IMG/VR virus record: IMGVR_UViG_3300048796_000014
Location: 1 to 33,859 of that record
Length of the DNA stretch: 33,859 nt
Origin: a virus
Lineage: Duplodnaviria > Caudoviricetes
Reading direction: 5' to 3' (one strand)
The notes under the pieces were generated by a model that ran no database searches, was not told where the DNA came from, and saw only the letters and a list, made by a program, of their open reading frames with translations. Position numbers and translations under genes: made by a program. Shown piece after piece: positions 25,838-33,554 of this stretch. Numbering within the stretch: position 1 is the first letter of the stretch; every line of letters starts with the position of its first letter.

Positions 25838-26149
25838 CTAAACTTTTGGGCTTTCTGGGCTCTCCCCTGCTACTACTTCAACCCCATCAAGCTCCGCACC
25901 CGGCACTGCTGGCACATCGGGCTCACTTGCACCGTAGAGCTTATGCAGGAAATTCTGGGTCATTGGGCTGTGCAGCGTGAGAGCAATGCCGATGAGACTA
26001 ATGACCGTGCTGCTGATGCGTGGGTGGCCTACCAGCATTGGGAGAATCTGATTGCGGAATGCAGCAATCTGGCTGGCACTGATGTTGAAGAGAAAGAAGC
26101 CAACGATGGCAACTGTCTGCTTCTTGAGCTTGCTGAAATCAATCGGCAT
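25838..26149 (-). CDS. Putative holin
   Basis: 103 aa, two hydrophobic segments, charged C-terminal tail, directly after the endolysin. Confidence 0.65.
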   Translation of the reverse strand: MPIDFSKLKKQTVAIVGFFLFNISASQIAAFRNQILPMLVGHPRISSTVISLIGIALTLHSPMTQNFLHKLYGASEPDVPAVPGAELDGVEVVAGESPESPKV

Positions 26150-26164
26150 GTGGGGTGCTCTCCT

Positions 26165-26731
26165 TCAGCTCAGTTTATCCCAGTCAGCCAGAATCTGGCT
26201 CATGCTTCTGCCACCCTGTCCATAGGAGTTGCCGGGGAATGATGCCCAGATGTTGCTGGCATCTTCCACAGCAGCTTCAAGGTCACTGGGAGTGGCATGG
26301 GCAGCCAAGGCTGCTTCAATGTTGCCATTCTCCAGATGAGGAAGGCTGCCACGCTGCCTCATTAGTTCGATGGCAGCAAGGTCTTGACTGAGTGGGCTGA
26401 AGTCTGGCAGGTGGATGCCGCTGATGGGGTTAGCCAGACCATTCCATGTCTTCAGCATAATTTGATACCTGCCAGCAGCATCAGAGCGAAGCCCGTTAGG
26501 GAAGCGTGTGCCCGGTGCTACCACGGTGATGGGTGGGAGCCCACCAGCGAAGGGATGCTGTGAGTAGTCTGTGAAGATGCTGGCACCATGCACTCCATTC
26601 ACAAAGCGGTCATACCCGTTATTGACGCTGGGTGCAGACGTGGTGCCTTCACAGTAGATGGCGATTAGGTCTAAGAATTTGATGACATCAGCAGGGTACT
26701 TCCCTGCCAAGTTGACTGCTGGTGTGTCCAT
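26165..26731 (-). CDS. Endolysin, lambda R-like lytic transglycosylase (GH104)
   Basis: FLDLIA..EGT, GYD, FTDYSQHP, AAGRYQIMLKTW, LPDFSPLSQDLAA, IWASFPGNSYGQ. Confidence 0.95.
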   Translation of the reverse strand: MDTPAVNLAGKYPADVIKFLDLIAIYCEGTTSAPSVNNGYDRFVNGVHGASIFTDYSQHPFAGGLPPITVVAPGTRFPNGLRSDAAGRYQIMLKTWNGLANPISGIHLPDFSPLSQDLAAIELMRQRGSLPHLENGNIEAALAAHATPSDLEAAVEDASNIWASFPGNSYGQGGRSMSQILADWDKLS

Positions 26732-26745
26732 CGTGGTGGTGCTCC

Positions 26746-27363
26746 TTATTGGGGGATAACTACATGACCCCGGCAGTAGGAGTGGTCACAGTCATGGCCA
26801 AGTCTCCGCTCACACCGGGTCTGCTTGCTGTCAATCAGATGTATCTTCAGGCAGCGTGGTCCACACTCACCCTGATGTCCATAGGGGAGCATACAGGGCA
26901 TGGCTGACCCACTCCTGCCAGACGTGAAGGTGTTACGGCACTGAAGCTCTGGTGCCTCATCAACAACCACCGGCTTGGACACCAGCAGCTTGAGAGCTTC
27001 AAAGTGACAGAGAAACATTGCATTACAGATGATGGCATCAGCGTCTTCCTGATTGGGGTGCAGCATGTACCGGCAGATGTGGCCCAGCAGGTGACTCACA
27101 CTCGCTTGCCTGAATCTCTCACCACCGCTCTCCCAGTTGCGCTCACCATGACGGTCTGCACCCAGCTTCAGTCTCCGTGCCATGGCATCCATCCCATGTG
27201 GGCTGATTAGGTCATAACGCTTATCTGAAGCACTCCGTGTAGCGTTACCTTCAAACGCTGTCAGCTCTGTGGCTGCTTCCTTCTGTGCTTGCTCTCTGGT
27301 GATTGACCCCATGCCGTTGCTCCTTATGACTGCTTCTGCATACTGCTTGAAGGTGGCTTCCAT
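26746..27363 (-). CDS. dATP/dGTP diphosphohydrolase-like protein (DUF5664 family) with a Cys/His-rich C-terminal extension
   Basis: KRYDLISP...MARRLKLGADRHGERNWESG...LLGHI...AIICNAMFL. The AAGGAG RBS supports the ATG at 27363. Confidence 0.8.
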   Translation of the reverse strand: MEATFKQYAEAVIRSNGMGSITREQAQKEAATELTAFEGNATRSASDKRYDLISPHGMDAMARRLKLGADRHGERNWESGGERFRQASVSHLLGHICRYMLHPNQEDADAIICNAMFLCHFEALKLLVSKPVVVDEAPELQCRNTFTSGRSGSAMPCMLPYGHQGECGPRCLKIHLIDSKQTRCERRLGHDCDHSYCRGHVVIPQ

Positions 27364-27377
27364 TGCTCTCTCCTTCA

Positions 27378-27537
27378 GTGTGTCTCTCCCGCTCATCCGG
27401 TACTCCGGTCACGCCATGTCTCTGTGCATACGGGCGGATGCCTCAGTACATAGAAGCCGTAGGGTGGATGAGCAGGAGACACACCCCGTAGGGTGGTCTG
27501 CTCTTTGCTGGGTGAGAGTTGCGAAGTCACACCCAGC
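27378..27537 (-). ncRNA. Putative structured intergenic RNA/leader, element A
   Basis: Long inverted repeat 27378-27398 / 27466-27484, an alternative cUACGg hairpin, and the stem GCTGGGTG/CACCCAGC at 27507-27537. Confidence 0.45.
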
Positions 27538-27588
27538 CATTCTCCGTCTCCCCTTCCACATGAATTAGATTCAGAGTGCTTCTTGATT

Positions 27589-27984
27589 TTACTGCTTGGG
27601 CTCCAGCTTCTCCAGCACGGCACGTGCCCGGATGAGAGCGTTGTCATTGGCAGAGACTTCACGTGCCAGCCGGTTGCCGTCATGCTCAAGCTGCTTCACC
27701 CATGACCGGGCTTCAGACAGCTTCTCACGCTTCTCTGCATTCTGGGCAGCAGCCACGGCACGTGCAGCATAGAGCTTGAGCTGGGCCACACTCTTGGTCT
27801 TGGTGACAACTGAAGTCTGCTTCCTTGCAGCTCGCTTCTTGGAAGCTGGTGCAGCCGGTGCAGCAGCTTCCACTTCTTCCAAGCTGCCAGCCTTGGGTGT
27901 GGCCTTCTTCACAGCTTTCTTGGCTGCCTTCTTTGCCGGTGTCTTCACCGGAGTTGACGTGGTGGTCCCAAACATTGGCTCCAT
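27589..27984 (-). CDS. Histone H1-like Lys/Ala-rich protein with a C-terminal coiled coil
   Basis: TPVKTPAKKAAKKAVKKATPKA; AAGGAG RBS. Confidence 0.75.
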   Translation of the reverse strand: MEPMFGTTTSTPVKTPAKKAAKKAVKKATPKAGSLEEVEAAAPAAPASKKRAARKQTSVVTKTKSVAQLKLYAARAVAAAQNAEKREKLSEARSWVKQLEHDGNRLAREVSANDNALIRARAVLEKLEPKQ

Positions 27985-28021
27985 CTAACTATTCTCCTTG
28001 GGTGCTTCTGGTGTTAGTGCA

Positions 28022-28027
28022 ATTGTA
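28022..28027 (-). promoter_or_regulatory. Putative -10 box (TACAAT) upstream of the H1-like to lysis gene block
   Basis: Lies in the AT-rich gap after the helicase stop; no clear -35. Confidence 0.35.
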
Positions 28028-28038
28028 CAACTACAAAC

Positions 28039-29541
28039 TTACTTTCTCTTCCGTGTCTTCCGGTATGCCTTTATTGCATCCATCAGACCCTTCTGTGTAG
28101 TGTCTTTGCTCTGGAGAGCTGCCCACTTCACAATGTCAAAGGTGTCCTTCATCAGCAGGATGTGCAGCCATGTGTGCTTGGCAGAGTTGCCTTGTCTCCT
28201 GATGCGCTTATTGAGCTGGTCATAGTTGTCAAAGTTGTCAGTGAGTGAGTGCCAGCAGATGTGCTCACATGCACTCTTCTGAAGGTTGAGCCCATGGCCA
28301 CCGCTCGCTGGGTGTACCAGAAGGTCTTGGATGTTGCCAGCATTCCACTCATCCTCAATCTCTCTGCATCGCTTGGGGCTAACACCACCACCGATGTATG
28401 GGATTGGCTTGCCGCTCTTGCTGAGAGCCTTCTGCAATCTCCTGAAGTCATGGTTATAGTCATAAGCAATCAGAAGCTGCTTGCCACCTATTGAGTCACG
28501 AAGCTCCATGACTTCATCCACCTTGGTGAAGTGAATGTCACGGTCCTCACGTGGCACACCCGGCTCTGGGTCCAAGTAGATGCCACCGTTGGCAACTTGG
28601 CAGCACTTACCACGTGCCACGGCTCCATTCACGGCAGTGACAACATCTTCACCGGCATCCATCTTGGCAAAGAATTCCTTCTCCATATCATCGTAGATTT
28701 TCCGTGCATCCTTCGGTAAGTCCAGATAGATGGGGTGGGGCACAAACTCAGGTAAGTCCAGATATTGCTCTGAGTCCACCCGGTACACACAGGGCACAAT
28801 GGCCTTCTCAATCTGCTCCTTAGCACCGGGCTTCAGAGCATACTGTCTCACTCCAAAGAAGTCTTCTTCCATGGTGTAATACCGCTTCCTGAAGTGAGTG
28901 ATGAAGCTCCCCAGAGAAGCACCCATGTCAGTCAAGTAGACCTGTCCGAAGACATCAGTGTACCCGTTAGGAGCTGGGCTGCCGGTCAGTGTAAGTCTCC
29001 GGTCAAACATGTGCAGATAGGGTCTGAGATTCTGGAAGCGGACGGATTGGGAATTCTTGAATTTACTAGACTCATCTATCACCAGCATGTCCGGTGCAAG
29101 GATGGCCATGGGGCTGAATTCGTACCCCGGCAGCTTGGTGGTAAACCAATCAATGCCTTCCGGTGTTATCACATAGATGTCAGCCTTCTCATGGACAAGC
29201 TGATTCTTCTTAGGACCATGCAGCACCGTCACCTTCAAGTCACGGAAGTCAGTCCACTCATCCTTCTCCCGTGGCCACACACTGGTGGCAGGTCTGAGTG
29301 GTGCAATGACCAGCACACACTTCACCATCCGCTCCTTCTTCAGAACGGAATAGACCTTGTACACAATCGTGGTCTTACCGGCTCCGGGGTCTGCCCAGAT
29401 TGCTGCACAGCCTTGCTTCAAGGCGAAGCGTACCGCTGGAAGCTGGAAGACCCTTGGTGTCCATCGTTGCGGCTGCTTTGGCTGCATAATGGTCAATAAT
29501 GCCTTTGGCCAGCTCTCTACTATCACAGGCTTCAATGTCAT
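28039..29541 (-). CDS. SNF2-like (SF2) helicase; true start may be 29487
   Basis: ADPGAGKT, VIAPLR, VIDESS, LTGSP, GGHGLNLQ, QLNKRIRRQG. Confidence 0.93.
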   Translation of the reverse strand: MTLKPVIVESWPKALLTIMQPKQPQRWTPRVFQLPAVRFALKQGCAAIWADPGAGKTTIVYKVYSVLKKERMVKCVLVIAPLRPATSVWPREKDEWTDFRDLKVTVLHGPKKNQLVHEKADIYVITPEGIDWFTTKLPGYEFSPMAILAPDMLVIDESSKFKNSQSVRFQNLRPYLHMFDRRLTLTGSPAPNGYTDVFGQVYLTDMGASLGSFITHFRKRYYTMEEDFFGVRQYALKPGAKEQIEKAIVPCVYRVDSEQYLDLPEFVPHPIYLDLPKDARKIYDDMEKEFFAKMDAGEDVVTAVNGAVARGKCCQVANGGIYLDPEPGVPREDRDIHFTKVDEVMELRDSIGGKQLLIAYDYNHDFRRLQKALSKSGKPIPYIGGGVSPKRCREIEDEWNAGNIQDLLVHPASGGHGLNLQKSACEHICWHSLTDNFDNYDQLNKRIRRQGNSAKHTWLHILLMKDTFDIVKWAALQSKDTTQKGLMDAIKAYRKTRKRK

Positions 29542-29851
29542 ACCCCAGTCCGCTCAACCCATTCATGGTGTGAGCTTGAATCTTGGTGGGCTTCTTGCCC
29601 AGCTTCTTATACTCCACCAGCAGCGGTCTGCCACCGGGTATCCAGTACAACTGGTCTGGCAGGTTGGCATGACCCATGGTGTTGAGCTTCACATGGTCTA
29701 TGCCGTAGGTGTCCCATGCGTAGTCATTGGCCCAGTCCTCAACCGTGCTCTCTTTCTTGCCACGCTCTCTGGGCTTCTTCTTCCTGCCCTTGTCCATGGC
29801 CTTCTGCATCTCTGCTGCTCTGGCTACTTCCTTCGGTGTTAGTGCTTGCAT
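29375..29851 (-). CDS. VRR-NUC nuclease
   Basis: KESTVE, KL...G..NLPD, LLVEYKKLGKKPTKIQ, L..LGYD. The 3' end overlaps the helicase gene. Confidence 0.88.
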   Translation of the reverse strand: MQALTPKEVARAAEMQKAMDKGRKKKPRERGKKESTVEDWANDYAWDTYGIDHVKLNTMGHANLPDQLYWIPGGRPLLVEYKKLGKKPTKIQAHTMNGLSGLGYDIEACDSRELAKGIIDHYAAKAAATMDTKGLPASSGTLRLEARLCSNLGRPRSR

Positions 29852-30612
29852 GGTCCACCATTCTCCTTCCTGAAGTGGCAGTACCGGCAAGCGAAGCCCG
29901 AAGGCTTAGGCACGAAGCGTGTGTCATTCAGCATCTTGAAGGTCTGATTGGTCCACTGCTTCTTCAGAGCTGGCACCATGTCAACGGTGAAGTCACGGGT
30001 TGTCTCTTCACCCAAGTCCAGATACCAGAGAGCAGCCGTGACAGTCTTGAGATGTGGGTACACCAGAAACATAGCCAGCGCGTAAAGCTCCAGTGAGCTG
30101 TCATGCTTCTCTGGATACTTCTTGCCGGTCTTATAGTCCACGAAGACCCCATGACGGTCAGCCACTTCAGAGTTGTGAGCGTCACACTTCACACGGAGCC
30201 ACACACCATTCCAGTCATCCCACTTGGTCAATGACCAGTCAGACCGGAAGCACCACTGAAGCTCAGTGCCATACTTACGCTTCCTTATGGCCTTGAATTC
30301 TTCGGTGAATGTCTCCAGCTCTGGTGGCAGCCATCCCTTGGCAACCTTGACCAGCTTTGCCTGTAGCCCCTTGCTTCGTGGGGCTTCGTTGTACCCCATC
30401 TCAGGCACGGCAGCACCAACATAAGCCTGTGCCAGCAGGTGAGTCTCATTGCCACGGTCCAAGGCTGGTCCACCGGGCTCCTTGAGCTTCAGTATGACCT
30501 TGCAGTATGCCTTGAATGGGCAGGTGACATACTCCTGCCAGCGGCTGAAGCTCCAGTTAGTAATCTTCTTGATGGTTGACTTCAGAGCGGTCTTCTTCGG
30601 TGGTGTTGGCAC
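29839..30612 (-). CDS. PD-(D/E)XK exonuclease, RecB/Cas4-like, with four Cys
   Basis: WSFSRW..Y..CP, RGNETH, E..W, KCD, VDYKTGK, LELYAL, CRYCHF......C. Confidence 0.9.
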   Translation of the reverse strand: MPTPPKKTALKSTIKKITNWSFSRWQEYVTCPFKAYCKVILKLKEPGGPALDRGNETHLLAQAYVGAAVPEMGYNEAPRSKGLQAKLVKVAKGWLPPELETFTEEFKAIRKRKYGTELQWCFRSDWSLTKWDDWNGVWLRVKCDAHNSEVADRHGVFVDYKTGKKYPEKHDSSLELYALAMFLVYPHLKTVTAALWYLDLGEETTRDFTVDMVPALKKQWTNQTFKMLNDTRFVPKPSGFACRYCHFRKENGGPCKH

Positions 30613-30782
30613 TATCGTCCTGCTTTCTTCTTCATCTCTTCATTGACCAGTTTGAGCCCAACCACAGTGAGAGCATGGAGCCCTTCAAGCAGCAGACTAA
30701 GGGAAGCGTACATCTTGGTCTTCACCTTGATACCTTCCACCAGTGCCACATGTGCTTCCACTTCCATCTGTGCTTTCGTCAT
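30612..30782 (-). CDS. Small hypothetical protein, 56 aa (not in the ORF track)
   Basis: GGGAGAG RBS, ATG at 30782. Reads MTKAQMEVEAHVALVEGIKVKTKMYASLSLLLEGLHALTVVGLKLVNEEMKKKAGR. TAGTG overlap with the next start. Confidence 0.7.
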   Translation of the reverse strand: MTKAQMEVEAHVALVEGIKVKTKMYASLSLLLEGLHALTVVGLKLVNEEMKKKAGR

Positions 30783-31104
30783 TGTGATAACTCTCCCATT
30801 CTTGACTGTCTAGTATTTCCTTATGCTTCATGTACCAGTGTTGCAGAGCACTTACCCAGCCGTGCTCTCTGTGGCCCAGCACTTCAATGTTGTCCGGGTG
30901 GAAGTTGAGCTTGTCAGTGTCACGGTGGTGGGCATCCTCATCCTTGGTTAGTTCCCTTCCCAGCTTCTGAGCTGCCACCACGCGGTGGACATACTTGTGT
31001 CTGAGTGGCCCAGAGCTGAAGCGTGGATAACCCTTCTGGCTGATGTAGTACCCAAGCTCTTTCTGGAATCTGCCACGGACATCACGCTGCTTTCTTGAAT
31101 TCAT
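30697..31104 (-). CDS. HNH homing endonuclease (HNH_3 type)
   Basis: KGYP...YVHRVVA..KLGREL...AHHRDTDKLNFHPDNIEVL...EH. Confidence 0.9.
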   Translation of the reverse strand: MNSRKQRDVRGRFQKELGYYISQKGYPRFSSGPLRHKYVHRVVAAQKLGRELTKDEDAHHRDTDKLNFHPDNIEVLGHREHGWVSALQHWYMKHKEILDSQEWESYHNDESTDGSGSTCGTGGRYQGEDQDVRFP

Positions 31105-33139
31105 AAGGTTTAGTCTCTGACCATCGTGGTCCGGTCTTCGGCTCTACCTTCATGAGCACGTCCACTTCAATGGACTCCATGCACTCACGAAGTATCTGCA
31201 TCTCTTCAGCCACCCGGTGCTTGGGTATGCTGATGTTGATTTCATCATGGACAGTGATGAGGAAGCGAGCTTGCCGCTTGGGGTGCTCATGGTAGCGGAT
31301 GAGAGCTTCTTTGGTGCATTGTGCTGCACTGCCCTGAATGAGATAGTTGAGCAGCTTATACCCGAAGTCCATCCACCTGCCAAACTCTTCAGAGTAGCTG
31401 TCTGGCTCCTTATAGAAGCGGATGCCACCCCACGTGGTGATGAAGTGACCAGCCTTGGCTATGGCCTTCACGTGGTTATTCAGCCGGTCATAGTCTGGCA
31501 GCAGAATCTTGATAGCTTCAATGGCCTTGATTGCCGTGGGTCTGTCCACATTCAGAGCACCCATGACTGCTGGAATGCCACCACCATAGACAACTTGGAA
31601 GTCAAAATTCTTCACAGCCTGATAGGTGTGCTCATGCCCGGTGATGGCAGACATGCCACTGTGGACCACCTTATGCACCTTATAATCAGGATTGGTGTTG
31701 TACTGCTCCAGCATCTCACCGGGCACGGGCTCACCACACACCACCTTGCTGTCCAGCACTTCCACCCACTCAGGTGAGCCATCGCTGAAGTGAGCCAAGA
31801 ATCTCAGCTCCTGTCCGTCATAGTCACAGTGACCCCAAACGTGCCCTTCATCGGGTAGCAGGTACTTACGCATGAGTGGGAGCTGTGGCACCTTGAGCCA
31901 TGCCGGATGTACGAAGCCATCACCCTTGTCTTCCAGCTTCTTGGGTATGTTTTGGAAGTTGGGAGAGCTGGAGAGACGTGACGTGGCTGCCCCTTCTTCG
32001 CCACCACCGTGCCCACTGGCCTTCACCTGCTTCCACAGCGTGTGGATGGTGCCACCAGTTGCCTCTGCCTGTCTCAGCCACGTGAGCATGAAGGTGTTGA
32101 GACAGGTGAAGAGCCGGTTACGGTAGCCATAGGCTTGAGCCACCTTCTGGTCATTCACCATGTCCGGGGTCAGATTCTTCTTGGACACTGACCGCTTAGG
32201 TGCGGTATTCTTGCCACCCTTGGTCCACACCCACTTATCTTCATCCACCAGATTGTTGTCAGCCAGAGCCTGTGCGAAGTCATCATCAGAATTGAAGTTG
32301 AGGGTGGGGCTCTTCAACCGCTTCCTCAGCCATGTCTCCGTGGTCACCATCGCTTGCTGATAGAGCTTCACATCAGACCGGAGAAGAGCCAAGTCAGTCC
32401 GCACACCCTCACGCTCATTCTCAAGAAGAATGGGCATCAGGTGTCTCTCACGGTCATAGGCTTGAATCATGCCCGTCTCAACAATGTACGGATAGAGCTT
32501 ATTGAAGAGTGCTTCAGTCCAGTCAGCATCTTTGCAAGCGAGCTTGCCCACAAGGTCACCCGGTGCCAGACTCACCATGGCATACCACTTCACACGCTCT
32601 GGCTTTGGATGGTTACCCGGCTCTCTTCCTTCGATGAAGGGTCTGGGGTCCGGCAGCTTATTCTTGCCGGTGCCATAGGTGGCCTTCAGCCACTCAATCA
32701 CGTCATCTTTCTCATCAATCTTCACACCCAGCAGCAGCTTGGCTTGTGGCTTGAGCTGTAGATTGTGGCTGTGTGGGTTGTTGAGAAAGAGAAGGTCTTG
32801 CAGCTCATGGTACTTGGACCAGTGCAGCCGTGGCAGACCATAGTGAGTCTCAGCCACATCAATATCAAACTTGCCATTCTGGAAGAGCAGACCATCTACC
32901 TTGCCGGTCTTGGCTGCTTGATAGGCTGCTTTGAGAGCAGCGATGCCTTCAGCTTTAGTGCAGTTATTCTTGGTTGGATGACCCCATGAGTAGTACCGTG
33001 ACTTCTGACCCGGATACTTGATGGCCACACCCGTTGCTCTGGGTGGGTAGACTGGCCTTCTCTTGATTACTTCACCCTCAAAGTCAATCGTGATGAGACG
33101 CGGAATGATGACCTTAGTGCGTGTCTTCCTAACTGCCAT
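31082..33139 (-). CDS. polA: Family A DNA polymerase with a 3'-5' exonuclease domain
   Basis: ExoI TIDFEG, ExoII QNGKFD, RLSSSPNFQNIP, motif A DYDGQELRFLAH, divergent motif B KNFDFQVVYG, NYLIQGSAA, motif C VHDEI. Confidence 0.95.
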   Translation of the reverse strand: MAVRKTRTKVIIPRLITIDFEGEVIKRRPVYPPRATGVAIKYPGQKSRYYSWGHPTKNNCTKAEGIAALKAAYQAAKTGKVDGLLFQNGKFDIDVAETHYGLPRLHWSKYHELQDLLFLNNPHSHNLQLKPQAKLLLGVKIDEKDDVIEWLKATYGTGKNKLPDPRPFIEGREPGNHPKPERVKWYAMVSLAPGDLVGKLACKDADWTEALFNKLYPYIVETGMIQAYDRERHLMPILLENEREGVRTDLALLRSDVKLYQQAMVTTETWLRKRLKSPTLNFNSDDDFAQALADNNLVDEDKWVWTKGGKNTAPKRSVSKKNLTPDMVNDQKVAQAYGYRNRLFTCLNTFMLTWLRQAEATGGTIHTLWKQVKASGHGGGEEGAATSRLSSSPNFQNIPKKLEDKGDGFVHPAWLKVPQLPLMRKYLLPDEGHVWGHCDYDGQELRFLAHFSDGSPEWVEVLDSKVVCGEPVPGEMLEQYNTNPDYKVHKVVHSGMSAITGHEHTYQAVKNFDFQVVYGGGIPAVMGALNVDRPTAIKAIEAIKILLPDYDRLNNHVKAIAKAGHFITTWGGIRFYKEPDSYSEEFGRWMDFGYKLLNYLIQGSAAQCTKEALIRYHEHPKRQARFLITVHDEINISIPKHRVAEEMQILRECMESIEVDVLMKVEPKTGPRWSETKPYEFKKAA

Positions 33140-33174
33140 GGGGTGAAGCTCCTTGGGGAAGGTGGTGCAGTGAG

Positions 33175-33363
33175 TTACTTCAGCAGCTCTGACCGCTCGC
33201 GTGTGGTGCGTAGAACATTGAAGCGTCCGTAAATACGGAGTAGGTACTGCACTCTCTTCTTACCATCCTGCTCTTCTTTGAGTAGGACCATGCACTGCTT
33301 CTCAGTGGCCTTAGCCAGCTTGTCCTGAAGCTGAAGCCACGTCAATCCTGCCTTTGGTGCCAT
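33175..33363 (-). CDS. Small helical hypothetical protein, 62 aa
   Basis: AAAGGAG RBS. The W..L...L...TE.....LL.EE....R...L.R...RF..LR..RER pattern is one I recall next to phage polA genes (unverified). Confidence 0.75.
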   Translation of the reverse strand: MAPKAGLTWLQLQDKLAKATEKQCMVLLKEEQDGKKRVQYLLRIYGRFNVLRTTRERSELLK

Positions 33364-33380
33364 CGTGTCTAATCTCCTTT

Positions 33381-33548
33381 GCTGGGTGTGTCTCGCCAGT
33401 GCAGTTGTCAGCTTCTGAATTCCCTACGGTTGTGTGTGTCCACAGTCACGGACGCATTGCCATGACCCCATAAGATGTTGACTTCGGCTCATCAGCTCTG
33501 TCCATCAATCTGAGCTGCACTGGAGACACACACCCAACGTGTGTGCCC
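33381..33548 (-). ncRNA. Putative structured intergenic RNA/leader, element B
   Basis: Imperfect stem of about 28 bp, 33381-33411 / 33510-33538, enclosing about 100 nt. Shares motifs with element A. Confidence 0.45.
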
Positions 33549-33554
33549 TGCTGC

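Noticed and set aside
25785-26750. Repeated AGGAGCACC upstream of several genes
   Set aside because: Adequately explained as Shine-Dalgarno sequence plus similar spacers.
27457-27496. CCGTAGGGTGG repeats as GTAG-family REPs or a mini-CRISPR
   Set aside because: Only two 11-bp copies, no clear REP palindrome after GTAG, and no RAYT or cas gene.
27393-27689. 98-aa minus-strand ORF from the track
   Set aside because: It overlaps the H1-like gene out of frame and crosses structured element A, with no recognisable protein features.
29839-30612. Cas4-like nuclease as a sign of CRISPR-Cas
   Set aside because: No array or other cas genes. Such nucleases are routine in phage replication modules.
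33470-33500. CTGATGAG on the minus strand, resembling a hammerhead ribozyme core
   Set aside because: It is followed by CCGAAG, with no stem II and no GAAA, so the core cannot be completed by eye.
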